A DNA stretch of 64,000 nt from Paecilomyces variotii (Eukaryota): assembly GCA_004022145.1 (NCBI GenBank), contig RCNU01000004.1. One strand, 5' to 3'. The position numbers and the translations under genes were made by a program. Shown here one piece after another: positions 52,626 through 64,000 of this stretch. Below the pieces are notes generated by a model. The model was not told where the DNA came from and did no database searches. It was given only the letters and a program-made list of their open reading frames with translations. How positions within the stretch are numbered: the first letter of the stretch is position 1; each line of letters begins with the position of its first letter.

Positions 52626-53613
52626 ATGGCTTCCCGTACCATCTTCCTAGGTCCCACAAGAGCACTATCCCGACTCGGACAACTCTCCTCAACTCTCGGC
52701 GCGACTGCAAGCCCAAGGGCGCCGTTATCGACCGTGTCGTCCAATATTACCCTGTACAGCTGGCCTACGCCTAATGGGATCAAAGCCTCGATCACTCTGG
52801 AGGAGTTAGGTCTTCCGTATAAGCTGGTGCCTATCGACATCGGGACTAATGTTCAGAAAGAAGAGTATATTATCCTATCTCTATAGCTGGACCAGTATTG
52901 GATGTATTATTGCAAGATAAACTAACATATCATTAATTAGTTGGTTCCTGAAAATCAACCCCAATGGACGTATCCCAGCGATAAAGGATGGCGAGCAACG
53001 CGTCTTCGAGAGCGGAGCCATCATGCTGTACCTTGTCGACAAGTATGACAAGGAGAAGAAAATCAGCTATGCCCCCGGCACGCCTGAGTACGTCGAAATG
53101 CTGAGCTGGCTCATGTTCCAGATGGGAGGCGTGGGTCCAATGCAAGGTACAGTAATAATTAATACATGACAGCGGATCTTGCTTGTTTTACTTTTCAATT
53201 CTCGAATTCATTTCACTAACATCACTCAAATCAAAATAGGTCAAGCAAACCACTTCCGCGTCTTTGCCGGAGTCCGCTCCGACTACGGTATCAAGCGCTA
53301 CACAGAAGAGACCAAGCGTCTCTACTCCGTCTTGGAGGCCCGTCTGAAGGAAAGCCCTTATCTCGCCGGATCCAAGTACACGATCGCAGACATCGCCAAC
53401 TACTCCTGGGTGCACAGTGGGCCCACAATCCTTGAATTTGACCTGTCTGAGTGGCCAGCTCTCAAGAAGTGGAAAGAAGAGATCGACCAACGCGACGCTG
53501 TCAAGAAGGGCGCCGACGTACCGAAACGCGAAGGTCCCCCAGGGCAATTCGAGCAGTTTCTGAAGGATGCTCGGGCGAAGATCGATTCGATGCAAAATAC
53601 AGATAAGCACTAG
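52626..53613 (+). CDS. Glutathione S-transferase, Ure2/YfcG-like class, with an N-terminal presequence-like extension (2 introns)
   Basis: [63 protein letters not shown]. Confidence 0.92.
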
Positions 53614-54481
53614 AGCTTTCCACCGGTCCTGAGCTACTCAATGTGCATGTACAATATGTGATATTAGTATAATATACTTTGAATAGGTAATTCACTCCTA
53701 AATGAGCTTACAACCCAACCCGACGTTGATTGATTGATGCACATCATCTAGATTTGGATACGATAATAGAATTATCTACACTACTACGTCAGCCAAGTCT
53801 TACTCTGCAATCCATCGAGCTCCCAAATAGATTTAGCGTTCCCCCGGATTTCTAGAGTATACCCCGGATCCACGAACCGAGAGTTGAGCTGACATCACAG
53901 CACCCTATATCCAAATCCGGAAAGGAATGAAAACCCACGATCAAAGTCACCTGTCGGGAATCAAGGAAGATTGCATTGCATTGCATTGCAACAAAGAAGC
54001 TTAAATCTGAGTGTTGGATCTGATACCGACTCACATTCTTCCGCATGCGGAAAGTTGGGCAAAACACCCGGATAGCGCAGATCCGGTAAGACATCCGGAT
54101 CGACTGGGAAGCCCAGATTATCTGGACCACTTGGGATATATTACATATGGTTCGATAATGCACTCCGGATTCTACACGTGGTTGTCAAACCTGTCAGCTG
54201 ATCCATAGTGGCATTGTCGCTTCTGGAATATGACAGCACCGGTTCCATGGGAATGGTGTAGATTGCAAATTTAAGCGAAGCGTCCATCCTGTTCTTGGAT
54301 ATACATGGTCGTCTAATTTTGCCTGTTCCGTACCGTGCCAGTATATCCGATATCGAATTAACGTATGAGTGCTAACAAATGTACATTCTATGTCCATAAA
54401 ACCCGTAGCCGTCACGATTACCAGAATCTCAGGAAACTATGCTCTATCAGTGAAGATGCCAGTTGACACCACTGGGGCCGT

Positions 54482-57224
54482 TCAAATCTCCGCAAGTCTA
54501 TACCTTCTCCATGCTTCGAACCCTACCTTCTCGTACCAGTCCTTCATGCTTACCCAGTCTACAAAGACTCCTTCCACGCCCCTGTCTTTCATGTTGAGAA
54601 TAGCGTGGCAAAGCATTGCAAGCCCTACTCCGGCTTTGCGATGTTCTGTGTCTACTCCAACGCATCCGATCAAGCCTGTGTTGGGGCCGCAAAGCGGCGG
54701 AAGTGCCCAATCCTGCTGAAGAAGAGGGCATGATGGACCAAGCATTAGGGTCCAGCCTACTTGGTTGCCCTCGGGGTCAAAAGCTACCATGACACTGGAT
54801 GGATGATCCACTGGATTAAGTGTCACGTATGCCTCGACCCATCCCTATATTTACCCGTACACATTAATATTTAACTGTTTAGAGTGGTGTCTCTGGGGTC
54901 GGATACTCACCGCGTAATAACCGAAGTTCTTTCTCTGACCCGCAATGCATGCATCATATTGTTCGGGTTGCAAAGGACCGAAAGTGTAGCCTCCTTGTCT
55001 TGCCCGCTCGACATACTTGGAAGGAGGTTGGTAGTTCCTTATGTCCTGGTACAGATCCTTGTGTGTCTCATCCAAGGGCGTCACTCGGAACCCACGGTGA
55101 ATGAAAAACTCCGGTATTCTTGATGGTAGATCCGTGGGGATTCCTGGCCAGAAACGAGGAAAGACGCTTGATAGTGCAATGTTCGATAGTCCAAAGGTAT
55201 TCCTGAAGTATGCACGTGTGTCCGCCAATAATGCGGTTCCAATGCCCTGCCCTTGTCTCGAAGGGTCCACCACCAAAGCAGCTATTTGACCTGTTATCTT
55301 GCCTTGCTTCGTCGCGGTATATGCCACACACACTCCCACAATATCAGAACCAATGCGGGCAACGAAATGGTGTCCGTTTGAGCGAACCAACAGTCTCTGG
55401 AGACTAGCTAGCGTAAGCGGATACGTAGGTAAGGCCGCGTTCCAGATTTTCGCTACTTGTTCGAGATCATCCGGTGCATGAAAGGGAAAGACTGGTACCG
55501 CTGGCTGTAAGGCTTTCCGTCCAATTGGTAAATGGCCCTTTCCAGGGATAGAGCCGAAAATTACATCTGCAGCTGCAACAAATGCTTCTGGAGTGGGCTC
55601 ATAGGTCGCGATATATGTTTCGACCGACTCCACATCCTCCAGGAAATCATAAGGGTTGCACGTTGCGACAACGATCAAGTTGTTCTTTCTTTTTGCTAGC
55701 TCTAGACCCAGTGTTCTTTGATATAGCGCCTCGAGAGCGTTGCGGCTTGCAAATATCACGGCATCTGCCTTATCGATTTTCATCCATTCATCAGCGGATA
55801 GCCCAGTGCCGTTGTAAAGAATGTCGACAGTTGTATTGTTGTGGATACGTAGGAACTCGATGAATCCTGAAGGTATATATGGACTCCTTGTTGGTGCTTC
55901 TCCGCTGTGAACAGCTCCTCCGGTAGGAGTCGATTCGCCAGGGGTGAGCAGAATCACGTTGCCGAATTTGGATAAAGGTAGAAGACCCTTTTTATCGCGG
56001 ATAACTGTGGTTGAATGGGAATATATCTCCTTGGAGAGAGCAGCATTGCTTTCATTGAGGCCCGCCAGTTGTTCGTGTCCTTTCCGACCCAGTGCTGTCT
56101 CCCAGTTCAGGAATCGCTTCTTGAGTTGAGTAACCCGACCAAATGCCTCCTCCAGGCGTTCATGAGGTATTTCGCCGGTGCGAATAGCGTCACAAACCGT
56201 TACTATAGACGCAACCTGCATGCTGTACTTATGACAGACCATTATGCTATCACTGCCTGCTTTCAGAGCAAGAACAGAACCCCTTTCTGTCCCGTATGTG
56301 GTTCGAATCCCGTCCATCTCCAAACAATCGGTCACCACCATTCCTTGATACTTCATATCTTCACGGAGGATGTTCATAGCTTCCACAGATAAAGTTGCAG
56401 GCATGTCATTAGCTCCGACCTGAGGCAAGGCAATGTGTGCTGTCATTACTGCTTCAATTCCTTCTGCCACGGCCCGACGAAACGGCACAAGCTCACACCG
56501 TTCTAAGTCACCTCTGCTTTTCTCTATAACCGGGAGGCCAAAGTGAGAGTCGACGGCGGTATCACCGTGACCAGGGAAATGCTTCACGGTCGGTACTACA
56601 TTCGATTCCCGTAGTCCCTTTGCCATGGCGCTTGCAAACCTGCCGACAAATTCGGGGTCATCGCCAAAACTGCGCACTCCAATAACAGGGTTTCGAGGTT
56701 CCGAATTGATATCACAGACGGGGGCATAGTTCATATTTATCCCGAAAAACTCCAGAGTTCTTCCCGTAGCCTTGCCCACTTCATATGCAAAATCCGTCGA
56801 GTCAGTGGCCCCCAGAGCCATAGAACCCGGTAATTGGGAGACTACCGGAGGCGAGATTCTAGTGACAAGACCGTTTTCCTGGTCAATCCCGATGAACAAG
56901 GGGTATTCATGCCCCGCGTCCTTGGCTTCTTGCTGAAGAGCCAGCGTCAAAGACTTGAGATCGCGTCAGTCGGTACAGCATCATCAATGGAAGCACAAAA
57001 TTCCTTCATACCTGTAATTGCGCTGCATCAACTATGTTGCGCTTGAACAAGATGACTGCACCGACACCATACTCGCGGATCAAGGTTTTGATTATCGGGC
57101 CCGCCGTTGTTCCATGAAAGCCAACAACGAACAGCTGGAACCGCGTATCAGTCAAGCATACTAGAGGCCATATTCAACCGGGACCTATATCTCTTACCTG
57201 GCCGACCTTTTTACGCGAATCCAT
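54482..57224 (-). CDS. GH3 beta-N-acetylglucosaminidase domain fused to C-terminal GNAT domains (Ngs1/Nag3 type; 3 introns)
   Basis: MDSRKKVGQLFVVGF, IGIDQENG, KHFPGHGDTAVDSH, VTDCLEM; two GNAT motifs (VVDPSRQGQGIGT and GVDTEHRKAGVGL...VFVDWV). Confidence 0.9.
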
Positions 57225-58052
57225 GGTGGTGGACAATCTTGGCCAATTTCCACCGCCGTGGTTGTTGTTTCTCTTCGATGTCGAGACCGTAGACCGGTCG
57301 TACCCCGCGCGCCAATGTGATACTAATGAAGACGCCCGCGATCGGGAACAACGAATGGATTCAGATGATCCCCCCAGAAGTCCCAGTGCGGAGGTGGCGT
57401 CGTCACTTTCCAGACTTTGTCAAGTAATTGGTTTTTATGTCTGAGTGGGAGGAAGTTTGGATAACCCGGCCGGGATATGTTTATCGTCCATCAGTCGTCT
57501 AAGATCGGAGTGTCACTTCCTCGCACGATGCTACCTTTGGTTGTAACTTCCTGGTCTGATTATACTACTTCCTGCCAGTGCTTTTCAGGTTCAGCAATGA
57601 TAGTGATAAAAGAGAGCTAGCTGACATGCCCCTTATCTTTGGCAGTGGCGCCCTCAAGCTCTCTTCGAGAGGTCTTTCGTCGGGCTGGCAACCATACTTA
57701 GTACTGGTATGTATTGTGCTTCTTTGACAACACTGCCTGTTAACTCTTCAAGGAGTAACTTTAAACAGAGCACCTCGCTTAAGTATCGAACTCTTATCGC
57801 ATCCTTTATCCAGAAGCACGAGACTCGATAACTCATGTTGTTGGTCTCTTTGTACTGGCCATCCTAGCACCTGTGATGCATGAACCTGCATCTGATCAAG
57901 CCGGCCGTTAGTCTTCAGTTAATCTAGACTTCTCCCCGCAGGAGATAAGGTCTCGCTGCAGAATATCCGGTGCGACCTACATAAGCACTATCTGGTCCTG
58001 CGGAAGCACCAGTTTCATCGTTAGGCTTTCTTTTGAAAGAGCTCATAGCAGC

Positions 58053-60204
58053 ATGTCCGGAATGCATCGCCCTCGTGTCCATGACGAATCTAAAGACGAC
58101 TCAAAGCCTCCAGATGGCATCCAAGAGACAGTAGCACGACCGACCGACCCAAATCGTCCCTATTCGAAACAAAACCGAATCCGGCAGAACATAGAAGAAT
58201 ATGAACAGCTCTTCGGCGTTGAAGAGGAGGCATATAGCCAACCAACTACAACGAAAAAAGAGCTGTGGTCTTATTATCTGTACTATAATGGTCAGCGCTA
58301 CACTCGACACTGAGTATGAGGACAGCCATTGTTTACATTTCTCCAGGCGATAACGGTGTGGGTCCGGGATCCTACACTCAAGCTCTGTATGTTCCAATTA
58401 TCAAAGTTGTATGGGCGGGCACCTGGCTAATCTTTTCCAAGGTTTCAATGGGCACTGAACGGAGCCGGATTCCAGCCTGGGACCAATCCACCTAAACCTT
58501 GCACGAGTTCTTCTCCGTGCGTCGTTCCGTGGGCCGGTAGCACGCGGTCAACTGCTTCTGTTGTCTTAATAGCAAATGGCCTGTGTTTCACATTCATGAC
58601 TGTGATGTTCGTATGGTTGGGAAGTGCGGCAGACTACGGATCATTTGGTCGCTGGCTACTGCTGGCTCTAACAGTCGTCTGTTGGGCCCTGCAGTACGGT
58701 ATGATGGCGATAAGGCATCCGAGTCAGTGGCCAGCAGCCATGGGTATGTATATCGTTGCGTATGTCGCTTACGGAGCCACCTTGGTTTTCTATGCGGCTG
58801 TATTTCCAAGGCTTGCTCGTTATATACCTCACGTACGTAAGGCTCGCGAGGAAGATCTCAAGGATGGCAAAATAAGCCAGCAGGAGTATGATGCTATCGA
58901 GTCTTTGGAGAGAAATCACATCAGGCAGGTCTCCACACCCAATTCGATTGATCATATGCTTATAACAGTGACAATAGTAATGTTTCAACCGCACACAGTA
59001 ACATCGGCTACTTGCTGACGCTCGTCATCAATTTGAGCGTCCTTTTGCCACTACAGAACAACACATATTCAAATAACTTGGCCCTTTGCCTTACGAATTC
59101 TTGTCGGTATTCGCACATACAGGAGATGTGATATACGCTGACTGTTGTTCTAGACTGGATTGTCCTTGGGATATGGTGGTTTATTTTCCAGCAGAAACGA
59201 GCTGGTCCCAAGATACCGAAGGGCTCTAACTATGCTACCATCGGCTTCAAGCAAGTGTGGCTAGCATTGCGTGAGACTCGGTCCCTACCGCAGACCTTTC
59301 TCTATCTGGTTGCTTTCTTCCTACTTGCCGATGGACTGAATACAACAGGTATGTGCGTACTATGTATGCATATGGAGACTCAAGTTATACTGACGTCCGG
59401 CAGGGTCGCTCGTCACGTATGTCCAGAATTGCGGTTAGGTACATGTATTAAGGCTGACTTCTTTATTCTAGTATAATTCAAAATGGGATCGTCGAATTCA
59501 GCTTCCTACAAATCACGTATCTAGGAATCGCACAGGCTTGCTGCTCTATAGCATCGACTTTCGGCTTCTGGTACATTCAGAAATATTTCAAATTACGAAC
59601 GAAGCCCATGTTCTTGGTTACAAACTTCTTCAGCGTATTCATCCCATTCTGGGGCATGCTAGGACTCTGGACGAAGAAGATCGGATATCATAATAAGGTT
59701 CGTTTCATACAACGGGATGATTGGCATTTACTCATGTCTCCTAGTGGGAGTTTTATTTCTACAACATCATCTTTGGCCTATTTCAGGCGCCTTATTATGC
59801 GGTAAGGGACAGTGATCGACTCCTTAAGTAGTGGAGAATACTAATGATGCTTGCAGTACTCACAAACTATGATAAGTGAACTAATGCCTCGCGGCTACGA
59901 TAATATGTTTTTTGCTCTCTTCGGTATCACCAATCGTGCGGTAAGGATTATCCCCGTTGTGCGAGTATGTGAGACATCTAGCTGATAAAGGATGTTATGA
60001 CAGTCCTCAATAATCGGTCCGAATGTGGTGCAGGCAATCATAAATGACACTGAAAATAACTGGATGGGTTTCCCATTCCTATTTGCTATCTGTGCTGCGG
60101 CTATGGTCGGCATCATTTTCGTGGATATAGAGAAGGGTCGTGAGGATGCGAGAAAGTTCGCAGAGAAGCGAAAGATCAGTCGTGTTGCGGCAGAAAGTGG
60201 CTGA
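58053..60204 (+). CDS. Atg22-like vacuolar efflux MFS transporter (9 introns)
   Basis: TTKKELWSYYLYYNGDNGVGP, GSAADYG, YAAVFPRLA, FLLADGLNTTG, ELMPRGYDNMFFALFGITNRASSIIGPNVVQAI; the frame ends at TGA 60202-60204. Confidence 0.88.
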
Positions 60205-60513
60205 AGCAAGGACGACCTAATTGAGAGGTCTGCTGGTGGCGGCTTATCTACTGTTCCAGATGTCGCCCCCGAAGATGGGGCCCGACCTAGGACGGATTAC
60301 ACATGAGATTATAAGTCGGGATTGACGGTCGATTATATATTCATTACCAGAGCAGAATATGATTTTCTACCCTCGTTCGTAAACGGTCTTACGTTAAAAA
60401 AAAACACTGAAGCGATGACTTCTAATCTAAAACAAGTGTATTTTCTAATGAGCATATAGTCCATACGCAATAGACACGAAATAACTATAAAGCCATCCCC
60501 TTACCGACCACAG

Positions 60514-62332
60514 CTACAGCTCAATAGGATACTTCACGCGGACAGTCTCTCCAAACTTATACAGCATGATCAGAAACGGACAGAACCCAACCGTGACGAA
60601 CCCAAGCAACGAGTTGCCCCATCCAAATCCCAGAGTCTTATACATACTCCTCCCCGCGAGAGGGAGGAGAGCGCCTCCAATAGACCTCAATACCGTATTC
60701 GCCGCAAGGGCTGAAGCAGCATATACCGTGAATGCATCGACGAGATATCCCATGACAGGCATGAAGAAGGACATGCTTCCGAATCCGAATAAGGCAGATC
60801 CGATAATAGGGACAATCCAGTGCGTGTGGGCCTGGGCGCTCCATCCGTACCAAAACAGGCCCGCGGCCATGAGTGGTCCTGCTGCAATGAGTAACGGGAG
60901 ACGGTCTTCGGGCTTGAGTTTGCCTTCAGCGGCGCGAGCCTTGATGTATCGATCGCTGGTGAGTGTGAAGGTAATCATGCCAGCTATGTTGCCGACTCCG
61001 AGACCGAGGTACGTCAGGCCGGAGATGCCAGTTGAGAAGCCGTATGTTTCGCTGAATACGAGAGGGAAGGTGGTTAGGAGGAGGTAGAACATGCCGTAGA
61101 CGAAAGCGGAAGATACTGATAGGAGGATGTTGATGGGTGAGAGGAGAGTCATCTTTGTAGGGCGGACGATGGCTCGCGTGAGTACGAGTCGAGGTGATAT
61201 TCCCGTGTCTAGTCTAGAGCGTAGTTGGTAGTTTCCAGTCTGTTTCTGTAGACGCTTTGTCTTGCGCGCGAGGATTGTGACTGCATAGGTTTCGCGCATG
61301 AAGAGGAGTTGTGCTATGATAGTTGCTCCGCTCTGTTGAAGTAGTCAGTGTCAGCGTGGTACTGGAGAGACTGGTGAGTCCACCGGAAGTATTACAAGAA
61401 TGGTAAGCAGCCAAAAGACCCATCTCCAACCTTTGGCTTCTGCCAGGAATCCTCCAGCTACGGGACCGACAGCAGGTCCGCAGATGGGACCTAGCGTGTA
61501 AAATGACAGAGCTCGACCTCGCTGGTGAACGGGGAAGAGGTCCTAAAGGGTCCATAGGTCAGCATTGATGAAAATATCCAGGAAGAAAAAGGCGTATGCA
61601 TACTGCGACTGTGCCTCCTCCAATTGCGAGAGGAGCGCTGCCAACTATACCTGCTAGAAAACGGAAACCGATCATCATATTGAGATCTGTTGACACGGCG
61701 CAGGCCAGAGTGAACACCAGGTACATGGTATTGCACACGAAATATATGATCCACCGGCCGTATACTTCCGACAGAGGAGCTAGCACAAGTGGACCAAAAG
61801 CTAGGCCCAAGACATAGATCGAGACAACAAATGCCGCTAGCATCTGGTTCGAATTGTGAAATTCTTCCATGACTTGAGATACACTCGGCGCAAACATGGA
61901 AGACGCTAGGGGCCTGCCATACTGTAAGCATCGAATATTTAAGTCGTCACAATGGTACGTACGTGAGAAAAGTAATCATGGCCATTACGGCGATATTGGC
62001 CCATTTTTTCTTCTCACTCCAGTTCATAGGATTCTCAGGATCATCGTCACCATCCCACCATACTGTGTTCTCATCTTGTACTTGCTTCGTATGCTCGCTC
62101 ACAGGAGATTCTTTGTGTTTGGGGCTAGCATTTCCAGTTTCGATATCCTTCTCTTCTTCCTCGGCTATGGAAATGTCTGAATATCCTAAGGTCGATCTGC
62201 TCTCTGTTGGCGCATTCTCCAGCACAACATGGTTCGCATTTGGAGTTTCCGCGGTTTCTTCCCTGAGTCTAGGTCAGCACGACATGCGTGAGGGGTGTGT
62301 TGACTCAGAGTATCTACTTACTGAGTGAACAT
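60514..62332 (-). CDS. DHA1-family MFS multidrug transporter (multi-intron)
   Basis: [61 protein letters not shown]; short first exon ATGTTCACTCA at 62332 inferred. Confidence 0.9.
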
Positions 62333-63688
62333 GACCTTTTTCCTTTCAGAGAGACGAAAGGACTGCATATTTGGGATTCCGTGCCTTATCCTATTTCTAT
62401 CTCGGTTCTAAGAGGCCTGCTGTAAAATTGGCTTCAGAAGGCTTCAAGTCGGTGAGGGCTGGCTTAATGTCCAACAGCGCTTTATGGGAAATGGTCGACA
62501 ACAACAAGAGTTTGATAAAACGAGAGGACACCAGTTCAGACCGGAAGGATAACTTGAGAATCTTGAGATTTCTTTGTCGAGCGGGCTACGACCTTTTATC
62601 AAGATCCATGATGGGAAGCCACTGAAGGATAGTGCGGCCGTGTTTAAGAGGCCTCGGGGGAGGAGCCTCACATCGTATGTCCGGACCAACAATCAGTAGA
62701 GTGGGAGTTGTTAATACCCAGGAAAGCCCGAGGTGAGATTCCTTTGTGGCGCATTTTGTGGAAGAAAATAGGGCCCTCGTAGTTCAGAACTCGCGCCGTC
62801 GCGTAATAATCATCCCATAAGATAATCAACAATGCGATTCTCGACGTATCCTTAAGGTTAATTTAAACTGTTCTTGGTCATAAATTGTACAGGGAAACGT
62901 GTTAATAGATGCTTTATGCAGAAAAGCACGCCTTGGACAGACGCTAGAAAATGCACACCGGCCTACAGGAAGCTCTCTCTGCGGACTGATAAGCCAGAGC
63001 GAGGTCAGGATTATGCGGGGATTCAGCCCAAGCCTCAGAATCAGAAACCTGCCTCCTCAAAGAACAAATCAAAAGTGACGCTTGGTCCTTGTTCTCCGGG
63101 AAATCGGCATTTTGGTGGTGTGCTTGAGTGCTTTCTCTCTGGGTGCTCCAAAGAAATGATTTTCAGGTTTATAACGGCATGGCGGTTTTAACCTGGTCAT
63201 TTTTCTTTGATGCGGCTGACTGCTTATGTTATTGAAATATTGCCCTGGTCATCAAATCAAAGAATCAGCACATCATTAGTACTTATGCAAATGGCTATTG
63301 AGGAGATTCGGCCGATGAAGTTGAGTCCGACCCCGCCTCCGCTCCTCGGCTGGGGATTACTTACTTACTTGGCCACAATGCTTAACTTGAAAGCAATAAA
63401 GACAAAGCATCACCACGCCTCAAACCGCTACTAATTCGTGATCAAGAACACAAAGGGAAAAATAGTAGAAAAACTACTACAGATTAGTTTTTTGATAAAT
63501 CATCTCAGAAGAACAGTGTCTTTTTTCAGATGCAACGGATCTTTTCGTTTCCTATACGAGTTTCGCCATTGCAGATATCGCACACAAGCCGCAGCATAAT
63601 CATACAGGCATAGTCTTGGTGGAAACGAAAGCATAGGTCATGCTATCTCCATCATCACCCCAGTGTCAAACGATTCGGATCATCCATT

Positions 63689-63925
63689 TTACCATCCACC
63701 AAAGCCGGCGCTGGCATTGTCACTGCCGTTGCCGCTGCCATTCTCCGTACCGTAGTCACCACCCTCGTTGCCGTTGTCACCCTCATCACCGCCGAGGAAG
63801 ATAGGTCCGATGCCACCATCGGTTTGCTTTCCAGAGTCCTGGCTGGGGCTTCCCGGAGCGACAGGCTTGACTGATCCTGCTCCGTCGGGGAATTCGCGCG
63901 CAGCCATCTGAGAGCCCTCCTTCAT
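63689..63925 (-). CDS. Probable last exon of a gene starting beyond the window end (Gly/Asp/Asn-rich)
   Basis: On the minus strand a GTACGT donor at 64000, a CTAAC branch site and a TAG acceptor at 63926 precede an open low-complexity frame; the phase cannot be confirmed. Confidence 0.5.
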   Translation of the reverse strand: MKEGSQMAAREFPDGAGSVKPVAPGSPSQDSGKQTDGGIGPIFLGGDEGDNGNEGGDYGTENGSGNGSDNASAGFGGW

Positions 63926-64000
63926 CTATAAGACGTTAGCTACTATCCACCGTGGAGGACGATTCAATATCGTAGATATAGGCTCAATCGCTTTACGTAC

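Noticed and set aside
56295-56320. GGTTCGAATCCC resembling a tRNA T-loop
   Set aside because: Lies inside the GH3-GNAT CDS with no cloverleaf context.
47941-62332. Transporter-rich stretch as a secondary-metabolite cluster
   Set aside because: No PKS, NRPS, terpene synthase or other backbone or tailoring enzymes are present in the window.

Overview
Gene-dense, intron-rich eukaryotic DNA from a filamentous ascomycete; gene content and order suggest Eurotiales (inference). I can support about 26 protein-coding genes: a TBC-like protein cut by the window start, hymA/Mo25, rmtB/PRMT3, a Cir_N/LENG1-like protein, sec18/NSF, an MPLKIP-motif protein, F-box, GNAT, palmitoyl-protein thioesterase, a TOK-type K+ channel, a HEIP1/REDIC1-like protein, an NsdC-like C2H2 factor, kti12, efm7/nnt1, a metacaspase, several hypothetical proteins, a sugar porter, a GST, a GH3-GNAT fusion (Ngs1 type), an Atg22-like MFS and a DHA1 MFS. 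There is also one box C/D snoRNA (snR60/U80 homolog) that the ORF track does not show. I saw no transposon, tRNA, rRNA or CRISPR array. The most interesting observations are: (1) a hypothetical protein with a TTDN1/MPLKIP/SICKLE-type C-terminal motif and an MGFSSFG motif, a candidate fungal adaptor for lariat debranching; (2) a fungal HEIP1/REDIC1-like meiotic crossover candidate transcribed divergently from the NsdC-like factor, with the intronic snoRNA between them; (3) strongly strand-biased GGAC enrichment over about 1.1 kb upstream of the NsdC-like CDS; (4) an Ngs1-type gene outside the GlcNAc cluster, paired head-to-head with an Atg22-like gene. All homology calls come from motif recall and manual translation and splicing; no searches were run.
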